Counted from the stretch's first letter, positions 10,878 through 19,122 are shown. The stretch is DNA of 64,000 nt from Gammaproteobacteria bacterium (GCA_013041745.1 JABDRN010000026.1:4652-68651); one strand, 5' to 3'. Program-made: numbers and translations. Notes: generated by a model not told the origin, from the letters alone.

Positions 10878-11375
10878 ATGAAAAACATAAAACAAAAAAT
10901 GGCTGCAGGTTTAATGATCTTTGTGATGGCAATGATGACATCGGTGGAAGCCTATGCGGAAGGCGCTATCCGCTTTAGTAATAACGCATTCAAACAGGTC
11001 ATCTCTAAAAGTGCTGACGGCTCTACGACATTTGATTATGTCGAACCGGGCCTGGTGTTGCCTGACGATGTGATCTTATACGAGATCGTCTTTGAGAATA
11101 TCAGTGACCAGGAAGTTTCTAATATCGTGGTTAATAATCCGATCGCAAATAATTCGACATACCGTGACAGGTCTGCAACGGGTGATTCGACGACCATAAC
11201 TTTTTCAGTCGACGGGGAGAACTTTGCATCGGCAGACGCGCTGACCGTGAAAGATAAAACGGGAAAAATCTGGAAAGCAAAACCAGAAGATTACAAGGCG
11301 ATACGCTGGATATACACAAAGCCATTGAAACCCGGTGAGAAAGGCAAGGTTACATACAAGACGACTATCAAATAG
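10878..11375 (+). CDS. Small secreted single-domain DUF11-like protein; function unknown
   Basis: 165 aa. GAGGA lies 7 nt upstream of the ATG, which is 9 nt after the paralogue 1 stop. It has a signal peptide (MAAGLMIFVMAMMTSVEAYA) and one Ig-like module (VILYEIVFENISDQEVSNIVVNNPIANNSTY...KVTYKTTIK). Confidence 0.7.
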   Translation: MKNIKQKMAAGLMIFVMAMMTSVEAYAEGAIRFSNNAFKQVISKSADGSTTFDYVEPGLVLPDDVILYEIVFENISDQEVSNIVVNNPIANNSTYRDRSATGDSTTITFSVDGENFASADALTVKDKTGKIWKAKPEDYKAIRWIYTKPLKPGEKGKVTYKTTIK

Positions 11376-11468
11376 CTAGCAGGATGAGATGACCTGAAGC
11401 AATGGTCGTTAGTTCATAGCTAGGAACAGTTTATGCGAAGTTATATTCGACAATCAGGATCTTATTCT

Positions 11469-11501
11469 TGGCCCATTTCGACTGGGCCATTTGTCGTTTT
11501 T
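11469..11501 (+). terminator. Candidate Rho-independent terminator after the 165-aa ORF
   Basis: A TGGCCCA-tttcgac-TGGGCCA hairpin is followed by TTTGTCGTTTTT. Confidence 0.5.
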
Positions 11502-11573
11502 GCGCATGCCAGAAATGTGATCAGAAAATCAACAAAAACTGCGGCTGGATACAGTTCTGCACATAGCAGGGAT

Positions 11574-11689
11574 GGGCCGCTCATCTTCCACATGCGAGAC
11601 GGGCCGCCAAATGTTACCGGCCCGCCAGGTGGAACTGGACCGCCAAGACATACGTCTGGTTCAGGTCCACCGAAAACAACCGGCCCACC
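11574..11689 (+). repeat. Periodic GGN-CCR-CCR repeat array (spacing 27, 18, 18, 27, 18 nt)
   Basis: GGNCC(G/A)C(C/T) copies start at 11574, 11601, 11619, 11637, 11664 and 11682. They are in frame with the downstream ORF, giving GPL, then GPPNVT, GPPGGT, GPPRHTSGS, GPPKTT, GPPMEW. Confidence 0.8.
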
Positions 11690-11798
11690 GATGGAGTGGC
11701 TGGCCAGGAAAAAATCTCTGAAGAAATCTTCAGAAAAAAATCAGGAAAAAAACTTAAACATAGAAAAATCTCATAGAGATTTATTAGAGGAAAACATA

Positions 11799-13112
11799 AT
11801 GAAAACAAGTAAACGAAACAAGCTATTAGGCTTGGCACTTACAGGCAGTTTTAGCCTGTTCGGTGCATCAGGTGCATATGCTGCGGCAGGTGACACCATC
11901 TCGAACCAGGCGACGCTGAACTATGATGTTGGCGGTGCGGCCCAGGTGCTGATCGAGTCAGGTACCGGCGCTGGTAACTCAACCCCGGGTGCTGGTAATG
12001 GTACAACGACGGATTTCATCGAAGACCGTTTGATCAACTTTGATATCGTCCGACTTGGTGCTACTGGCGATGCTGTTCCAAGTGGAACTTTGCAGCCAGT
12101 AACGTTTAATCTGACCAATAACGGTAACGCGGCACAGGGCTTCTTGTTAAAAGGCCTGAACAATGCTGATGGTACAGCTGATCCATGGGGTGGTACTAAC
12201 GACGAGTTTGATGCGACTTTAGTACAAACATTCGTGGAAAATGGCCTCCAGGCTGGTTACCAGTCAAGCGGTGCTAACCAGGATACTGCTGCACACGTTG
12301 CTTCTCTGGCTTCAGGTGCAAACGTTGACGTTTACGTGGTATCTACTATGCCACTGAACGATACTGGCGGTAACCCGCTGGTTAACGGCAATGTGGCTGT
12401 GATGACTCTGGTTGCGCAGGCGGCGATCGATGGCAGTACTGGTATCGCAGCTGATGCGATAGTGACTGATGATAACCAGCACTTCAGCCCGGGCGGTACT
12501 GGTTTCACCAATGCTACTGCTGATGTGACTGCAGGTGTTGCTGGACCTGTGACTCCGGATGACCCGACTAATGAAGAGGTCGTCTTCGGTGAAGCTGCTG
12601 GAACACAGGATGGTACAGGTGCTGCAGACATCGTCAGTAACGGTCAGCATTCAGATGACAGTTCTTATACGATCGTTACTGCTGCATTGAATGTTACCAA
12701 GGCCTCAGTGGCGTTGTGGGATCCTGTCAACCTCGAAGTTAATCCCAAGTCGTTCCCGGGGGCCTATGTCCGTTATACCATCACCATCGAGAACACTGGT
12801 ACGGTTGCAGCGGATCTGACTACCCTGAGCGACACATTGGCAGCTGCGCTGGATCTCGATGCTGACTTTGGTGATGGAACGGCCGCCAATAATCCGACAA
12901 GTGCTGTTGGTGACTCGTTCGAAGTAACACATGTCGACAATGCTGTGACTAACTACTGTACCGGATCGACAGTTGATGCAGACGGTTGTGGATATGTCGG
13001 TAGTCCCGGTGGCGTGATCACGGTTGACATCAATGCTGTCATGGGTGCAACTGATGCCCAGTTAGCAGCAGGTGAATCACTGACTATCACATTCAATGTG
13101 GTCGTACAGTAA
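11799..13112 (+). CDS. Secreted DUF11/CnaB-like repeat protein, paralogue 2 (candidate major fibre subunit); function unknown
   Basis: ATG 11799 lies 8 nt after AGAGGA. A signal peptide MKTSKRNKLLGLALTGSFSLFGASGAYA precedes AAAGDTISNQATLNYD. It is collinear with paralogue 1 (FIEDRLINF, NNGNAAQGFLL, YVVSTMP, SNGQHSD). The C-terminal DUF11-like module reads VTKASVALWD...YVRYTITIENTG...LTITFNVVVQ. The open frame extends upstream to ATG 11433 (see findings). Confidence 0.75.
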   Translation: MKTSKRNKLLGLALTGSFSLFGASGAYAAAGDTISNQATLNYDVGGAAQVLIESGTGAGNSTPGAGNGTTTDFIEDRLINFDIVRLGATGDAVPSGTLQPVTFNLTNNGNAAQGFLLKGLNNADGTADPWGGTNDEFDATLVQTFVENGLQAGYQSSGANQDTAAHVASLASGANVDVYVVSTMPLNDTGGNPLVNGNVAVMTLVAQAAIDGSTGIAADAIVTDDNQHFSPGGTGFTNATADVTAGVAGPVTPDDPTNEEVVFGEAAGTQDGTGAADIVSNGQHSDDSSYTIVTAALNVTKASVALWDPVNLEVNPKSFPGAYVRYTITIENTGTVAADLTTLSDTLAAALDLDADFGDGTAANNPTSAVGDSFEVTHVDNAVTNYCTGSTVDADGCGYVGSPGGVITVDINAVMGATDAQLAAGESLTITFNVVVQ

Positions 13113-13134
13113 TCACGGATGACCTGGTAACGCC

Positions 13135-16100
13135 ATGTTGCAGAAATTATTACGCATAGTCTTCATCTGTACCGGCCTGTTGGCTGGTATGGGTGCTGCC
13201 GTGCGTGCTATTTTTGTCATGGCTAACCAAAGAAAAGAGATGAACTGTGTGTGTGGACATGCAGTCCATCTTGCACATCGCATTCAAAACGGGAAGCTGT
13301 TGAATGCGATGTGCAAGATGCCTCGGTCACTTTCGATAATGGTCTTATTGTCAGTGGCGCTCAATGTACAGGCTTTAACACCTCCAGGTACGGCGATCGA
13401 TAATACCGCCGTCGCCGCATTTGATTTTTCAGGTACTGGCAGTACTGCTGCCAGTAATATCGAAACGGTGGTGACTACGATCATCCAGACGCCTTCGTCT
13501 ATCTCCTTGTTGCAGTATGATTCTACAGGTACCAGTGGATTTACCCCGACCGTTGTCACACAGCATGCAACGAGCGGCCCGCCCGGAACTGGTTTTGTCG
13601 TATCGGCTGACCCTGTAGTCCCTGTCATAGGCAGTGGTGTCAATGTGCTAGATCCAGCTGATCCGCAGCCATTGAGCACTGTCAGTCTATATGCAACCGG
13701 TGAGCCGATATTTGCTCAGGTCGACGACAGGGATCAGAACCTTGATCCATCGCTAAGGGAAACTGTAGGTATCATCGTTACCAGTTCTACCGGTGATGTA
13801 GAGGAGCTTATATTGCTGGAGACAGAAGTAGACTCTGGAATCTTTATCGGATATGTGCAGTCCACATCAAGTACGGTTGCACAATATGATGGCCTGCTCA
13901 GCCTCGGTGCAGAGACTGACGTCAGTATTCAGTATACCGATCAATACGATCCTTCCGACATCAGTACCGGTACAGCTCTAGTCGATCCTTATGGCGTCGT
14001 CTTCAGTAGCCTGGATGGAACCCTGCTCGACGGCGCTACTGTCAGCATCCTGGATACTAGCGGTAACCTGGCGGCTGTATTTGGTGATGATGGAGTCAGC
14101 ACTTATGATAACCCTGTAATAACAGGTGGCAGCGTTACTGATAGTGGTGGTACTCTTTATGACTTCCCGACAGGCTCATACCGTTTCCCACGCATGAACC
14201 CGGGCAGTTATCGAATCGTGGTAGATCCACCCGCCAGTTACCAGGGGCCATCTGTAGTAAGTATCAGTGACCTGCAGACATTACCTGGTGCACCCTATGC
14301 GCTCGATTCAAATGCGTCATTTGCCGAGATATTCCTGTTGCAACCAGGACCGCCTCTCCACGTCGACGTGCCGCTCGATGCCCTGAGCTCGTATCTCGTT
14401 ATCGAGAAATCAGCATCAAAAGATACCGCTGCCATCGGTGATTTTGTACAGTATACGCTGAACCTGAGTAATACCGACACGGTCACTGCAGCGAATAATG
14501 TCGTGATCACTGATACTCTGCCAGTCGGCCTGCGTTATCAGAAATCATCTGTTCGTTACGATGGTGCACCGGGAGCTGAGCCCCAGGTCTCTGGTGATGG
14601 TCGTACGCTCAGCTTCCCGGTTTCAGCTATTGCTGCTGCTTCGTCTATACAGGTCAAATATGTCACGGAGATTACCGTCGGAACAAAACTGGGTAAGGCG
14701 GTCAACAGTGTGATCGCTCAGGACGATCGAGGCACGCAGTCTAATACTGCTGTTGCAGGGATCGCGGTGACAGAAGACCTGTTTGCAAGCAAGAGTTTTA
14801 TCGCAGGTCGCGTTATCGTTGGCGAATGTGATGATGACAGTACGTTGATTAATCCGGGACTGCCATCTGTACGTATCTTCATGGAAGATGGCCGATATGC
14901 CGCGACAGATGAACAGGGCCGCTTCCACTTCGAAGGCGTCAATCCCGGTACCCATGTCGTACAGGTGGATAAAGAGAGCATCCCGGATAATCTCGAGATT
15001 GTTGAGTGTGTAAAGAATACCCGTTATGCAGGTACGCCATACTCTCAATTCGTCGATATCCAGGGTGGTACATTATGGCGTACAGATTTCTATGTGCGTG
15101 AGAAAAAACCGATAACTGACACGGCATCATTCTTCATAAAGAGCGAACTAAATGATGAAGACATCAAGTATACAATCGAGATGTCGAATGGAGAGATTCC
15201 GGTCAAAAATTATCGTCTCATCGTCAACCTGCCGGCAGGTATCGAATTTGACCCGGGCAGTGCTGTTCTCGACGGGGTAGCTCTCGAGGAGCCGTACGTC
15301 AATGATAACGTCGTAGTCTATCGCCTTGGTGATCCTGGTAATAACTGGAAAAAGAAACTACAGTTCCGTGGCCGTATAAAGGAGCGGGCAGATGGAGATC
15401 TGATTACCTCGGTATTTACCATGATGGATACCGCTACCAAGAAAAATATACGCTCTACACCCAGTAAGAACAAGCTCGAAGTCGCACGTGCACGTAAAGA
15501 GGATAAAACAGTCGTCTACCAGGCTTATTTTGAACCGATGGGGACTGACCTGTCATATATCAGCAAAAAAGGTATCCGTGAAGCGGTCGATAACCTGGGT
15601 GAGGTAGAGATAACCCGTAACGAGATTACCGGATATTCCGATGGTCTACCGGTCAAGCAAAGGAGTGTCTGGGTGTTTGGTGACAATACGGCGATGTCGG
15701 AAAAGAGAGCAAAAGCTGTAGGTGATTACCTGATCAATGATCTTGGCCTGGATGAAGACACTGTTGTCATGAAAGGTGCTGGCGCCTCAGAACCGGTCGC
15801 ATCAAATGATACGTTAGAGGGCAGGGCACTGAATCGCCGCGCTGATCTTGTCATCACTACCAGTGAAGTTGTTGGGCCAGGCAAGGTTGAACTGGTGACA
15901 TCAGAAAGCGAAGTAAGTGAAGTGGTTCTCGAAGGACAGCCTGAGTTCAAGATCGAGAAGTTGATCGAGGCGCCACCAGTCACCGAGCAACTGGACATCA
16001 GTGCTTTTGATGAGTTCTGGATAAAAGACGCTGTACCCGGTCAGGAATGGTTGATGCCTGATCCTAACTATGCACCTATCTCTCCATCGGTAAATATCGC

Positions 16101-19100
16101 AATAAAACATAAGCCGTCTGACAATTTTGAAATGATGTTTAACGGTAAGCCGATAAACCCACTGTTTTATTTCGGCATGATCAGGAATAAATCAAATACG
16201 GTTGCCCGTAGTTACTGGCAGGGTGTTCACCTCGTTAGTGGTGTAAATCGCTTTGAATTTGTATTAAAAGATGATGATGGAAAAGTCATCAGGACATTGA
16301 CCAGGGATGTCGTATTTGCAGATATTCCGGTACGGGCTGAATTAGATGCTGAACATTCTCGCCTCATAGCTGATGGTCGGAATGTGCCGGTCATCGCATT
16401 ACGTGTATATGATAAAGACGGAAATTTCGCTCGCCCAGGATCACGCGGCAGATTTACGCTATCAGAACCCTACCTGCCACAACAACTCGTCGAAGCGTAC
16501 CAGGTGAACCGACTCTCCGGTCTCAATAATGAAGATCCAGAATATGTCGTCGGTCAGAACGGTATCGCTTATATCGTACTGGAACCCACGACTATTACCG
16601 GCAAACTGGAAATAGAAATGCCGTTCTCAGGTCGTAAGCGCTCGCGTATAGAGACATGGATGCAACCGGAGGTGAGGGACTGGATCATGGTAGGCCTTGC
16701 TGAAGGTACTGCAGGTTACAATGCTGTATCAGGTAACACTGAAGCACTCGGTGCAGCTGATATCAATGATGAGTTCTATAGTGAAGGTAAAGTTGCGTTT
16801 TATGCCAAAGGTAAGGTGAAGGGTGAGTGGCTGTTAACGACATCATATGATACCTCGAAGAACACAGATGATACTGATAACCGTGTCAATCAGATGATCG
16901 ATCCGAACACTTATTACACTATCTATGGTGATAACTCTACTCAGCGTTATGATGCTTCGAGCGCAGACAAACTATATATAAAGATGGAGCGTGAACAATT
17001 CTATGCTATGTATGGTGACATGAACACAGGTCTGAGTATCACCGAATTATCCAAGTTCCAGCGTAATATGACCGGTGTCAAATCAGAGTTTGATAGTGGC
17101 AAGTTTGCCTATACGGCATTTGCAGCAGAAAATAAAAATAATTTCATCAAGGATGAGATCCAAGGTGAAGGGATATCCGGCCTGTACCGGTTGAGCGGAA
17201 ACGATATCGTCATCAATAGCGATAATATCGTGATAGAAACACGTGACCGTTTCCGCAGCGAGATCATCATAAAATCTGAAACCATGCGCCGTTACCTGGA
17301 TTACAGTATCGATTATTCTGACGGTACGATCTTCTTCCGGCGCCCTATCCCCAGTCGCGATGAAAGTTTCAATCCGATATTCATCGTTGCTGACTATGAA
17401 GTTGAAGCACCGGTCGACGGTGATATAACTGCTGGTGGCCGCGCTGCAGCCAGGTTCAATGACGGCCAGATCGAAGTCGGTGCCACAGTCGTACATGATG
17501 CAACCTATCTGAATGAAGGCGATCTGGTAGGTGCTGATGCCCGTATCGAGATCAATAGCACGACAGAAGCCAGGTTCGAAGCGGCTGTTTCAGATGTTAC
17601 GTCTGGTACTCAGGACCTTGACGGTTCAGCTTATAGCGCCGAGATAGTGCATGGTGGAGATAACCTGAAAGTCAGGGTATACGCGAAACAGCAGGATGAA
17701 GACTTCGGCCTTGGCCAGCAATCGATCAGCCAGTCTGGTACGCGTAAATATGGTGCAGATGCGAATTACCAGGTCAATCGATCGATCGTTCTGGATGGTA
17801 CGGTCTATCACGAAGACAACCTGGTCACAGGCGGAAAACGTGATGTTGCCGAAGCAAATGTTATATATAGTAAACGTGATTACTCGTTAAATGCCGGTGC
17901 AGTTATAGCCCGTGACAGGTTTGTTCTCGGCGAGACTAATGCTTCTAACCTGTTGACCTTTGGTGCCAGTAAAAACTTCCTGCAGGATACAGTTAAGCTG
18001 CGTGCTAATGCAGAGGTGGCGGTCGACTCTGCGGATTCAAATATTGATTATCCATCTCGCTTCATACTGGGTGCTGACTATTTTATAACATCAAAAGTGA
18101 ACCTGTTTGCGGAGAATGAATGGACCGTCGGTCGCGATCAGGACACCCAGATGGCCCGTGCTGGTGTACGTGCGACACCCTGGACCAATGCGCAGATCAA
18201 TACGGCGGTTAACCAGGAAACCAATGAAAGTGGTATCCGCTCGTTTGCAACTCTTGGCCTGACTCAGACATTCCCGATCAACAAGCGCTGGAGTGGTGAT
18301 GTTACCTTCGACCATGCGAAGACACTGCGTACACCAGGCGTCGTGCCGTTCTATGATAATGTTCCGATTGCTCAGGGTACGGAGAATAATGACTTCACCG
18401 CTATATCCGTGGGTACGACTTACAATGCTGCCAGCTATACACTGAATAACCGCGTCGAATTACGCGCCGCCGACCTCGAAGATAAATTAGGTATGATCGT
18501 TAACTGGGAGAGGAACCTGAAAGGCGGTGTCGGTTATTCTGCAACGACGAAACTGTTCAGGACCGATCGAACAGATAATAGCGAGTTACTCGACGGTGAT
18601 ATACGTTTCTCTGTTGCATACCGCCCGCTGCAGTCACGCTGGATCACTCTGAACCGTCTCGATTTCAAATTTGATTCCAGTACCGATATCCTGGGGATTA
18701 AAACACGGCAACGTAAACTTATCGAAAACCTGACGTCGAACTACCTGATCGATAACTGGAACCAGGTCTCATTTAATTTTGGTCTGAAGTATGTCGTCGA
18801 TACATTCGATAAAGCTGAGTACAGTGGTATAACGAATCTGCTTGGTACCGAGTACCGTCACGATCTAAGTGATCGTTTCGATGTCGGTGTGCATGCGCAT
18901 ACTCACTATACAACAAACTCATCTACCATGAAATATTCAACAGGCCTGTCATTCGGCTGGAACATGTCACGCAATATATGGCTGAGTATCGGCTATAATT
19001 TCGACGGTTTCGAGGATAGAGATTTTTCAGCGGCAGGTTACACCGCGACTGGTCCGTACATCCGGTTCCGTATGAAGTTCGATCAGGATACTGCTGATGA

Positions 19101-19122
19101 AGTTCAGGATATGTTGAATTAA
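13135..19122 (+). CDS. Giant (up to 1995 aa) multidomain outer-membrane protein: Ig-like/DUF11 modules, SdrD-B-like module, internal OmpA-C-like domain, very large C-terminal beta-barrel-like region; function unknown
   Basis: Uninterrupted ORF. A DUF11-like module lies around aa 418-546 (LVIEKSASKDTAAIGDFVQYTLNLSNT...VITDTLPVGLRY). An SdrD-B/CarboxypepD_reg-like module lies around aa 553-615 (GRVIVGEC...DEQGRFHFEGVNPGTHVV). An OmpA-like segment lies around aa 795-908 (ITGYSDGLP...SEKRAKAVGDYL...GAGASEPVASNDTLEGRALNRRADLVI). From about aa 1180 to 1980 the sequence has alternating-residue beta-strand character and ends in YIRFRMKF. The start is uncertain. ATG 13309 or 13318 would give the better signal peptide M(CKM)PRSLSIMVLLSVALNVQA. 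Confidence 0.75.
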   Translation: MLQKLLRIVFICTGLLAGMGAAVRAIFVMANQRKEMNCVCGHAVHLAHRIQNGKLLNAMCKMPRSLSIMVLLSVALNVQALTPPGTAIDNTAVAAFDFSGTGSTAASNIETVVTTIIQTPSSISLLQYDSTGTSGFTPTVVTQHATSGPPGTGFVVSADPVVPVIGSGVNVLDPADPQPLSTVSLYATGEPIFAQVDDRDQNLDPSLRETVGIIVTSSTGDVEELILLETEVDSGIFIGYVQSTSSTVAQYDGLLSLGAETDVSIQYTDQYDPSDISTGTALVDPYGVVFSSLDGTLLDGATVSILDTSGNLAAVFGDDGVSTYDNPVITGGSVTDSGGTLYDFPTGSYRFPRMNPGSYRIVVDPPASYQGPSVVSISDLQTLPGAPYALDSNASFAEIFLLQPGPPLHVDVPLDALSSYLVIEKSASKDTAAIGDFVQYTLNLSNTDTVTAANNVVITDTLPVGLRYQKSSVRYDGAPGAEPQVSGDGRTLSFPVSAIAAASSIQVKYVTEITVGTKLGKAVNSVIAQDDRGTQSNTAVAGIAVTEDLFASKSFIAGRVIVGECDDDSTLINPGLPSVRIFMEDGRYAATDEQGRFHFEGVNPGTHVVQVDKESIPDNLEIVECVKNTRYAGTPYSQFVDIQGGTLWRTDFYVREKKPITDTASFFIKSELNDEDIKYTIEMSNGEIPVKNYRLIVNLPAGIEFDPGSAVLDGVALEEPYVNDNVVVYRLGDPGNNWKKKLQFRGRIKERADGDLITSVFTMMDTATKKNIRSTPSKNKLEVARARKEDKTVVYQAYFEPMGTDLSYISKKGIREAVDNLGEVEITRNEITGYSDGLPVKQRSVWVFGDNTAMSEKRAKAVGDYLINDLGLDEDTVVMKGAGASEPVASNDTLEGRALNRRADLVITTSEVVGPGKVELVTSESEVSEVVLEGQPEFKIEKLIEAPPVTEQLDISAFDEFWIKDAVPGQEWLMPDPNYAPISPSVNIAIKHKPSDNFEMMFNGKPINPLFYFGMIRNKSNTVARSYWQGVHLVSGVNRFEFVLKDDDGKVIRTLTRDVVFADIPVRAELDAEHSRLIADGRNVPVIALRVYDKDGNFARPGSRGRFTLSEPYLPQQLVEAYQVNRLSGLNNEDPEYVVGQNGIAYIVLEPTTITGKLEIEMPFSGRKRSRIETWMQPEVRDWIMVGLAEGTAGYNAVSGNTEALGAADINDEFYSEGKVAFYAKGKVKGEWLLTTSYDTSKNTDDTDNRVNQMIDPNTYYTIYGDNSTQRYDASSADKLYIKMEREQFYAMYGDMNTGLSITELSKFQRNMTGVKSEFDSGKFAYTAFAAENKNNFIKDEIQGEGISGLYRLSGNDIVINSDNIVIETRDRFRSEIIIKSETMRRYLDYSIDYSDGTIFFRRPIPSRDESFNPIFIVADYEVEAPVDGDITAGGRAAARFNDGQIEVGATVVHDATYLNEGDLVGADARIEINSTTEARFEAAVSDVTSGTQDLDGSAYSAEIVHGGDNLKVRVYAKQQDEDFGLGQQSISQSGTRKYGADANYQVNRSIVLDGTVYHEDNLVTGGKRDVAEANVIYSKRDYSLNAGAVIARDRFVLGETNASNLLTFGASKNFLQDTVKLRANAEVAVDSADSNIDYPSRFILGADYFITSKVNLFAENEWTVGRDQDTQMARAGVRATPWTNAQINTAVNQETNESGIRSFATLGLTQTFPINKRWSGDVTFDHAKTLRTPGVVPFYDNVPIAQGTENNDFTAISVGTTYNAASYTLNNRVELRAADLEDKLGMIVNWERNLKGGVGYSATTKLFRTDRTDNSELLDGDIRFSVAYRPLQSRWITLNRLDFKFDSSTDILGIKTRQRKLIENLTSNYLIDNWNQVSFNFGLKYVVDTFDKAEYSGITNLLGTEYRHDLSDRFDVGVHAHTHYTTNSSTMKYSTGLSFGWNMSRNIWLSIGYNFDGFEDRDFSAAGYTATGPYIRFRMKFDQDTADEVQDMLN
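13267..13320 (+). promoter_or_regulatory. Perfect 21-bp inverted repeat (12-nt loop) covering candidate start codons of the giant ORF
   Basis: CATCTTGCACATCGCATTCAA (13267-13287) is the exact reverse complement of TTGAATGCGATGTGCAAGATG (13300-13320). The loop AACGGGAAGCTG contains a GGGAAG Shine-Dalgarno-like element. The 3' arm contains ATG 13309 and ATG 13318. Confidence 0.8.
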
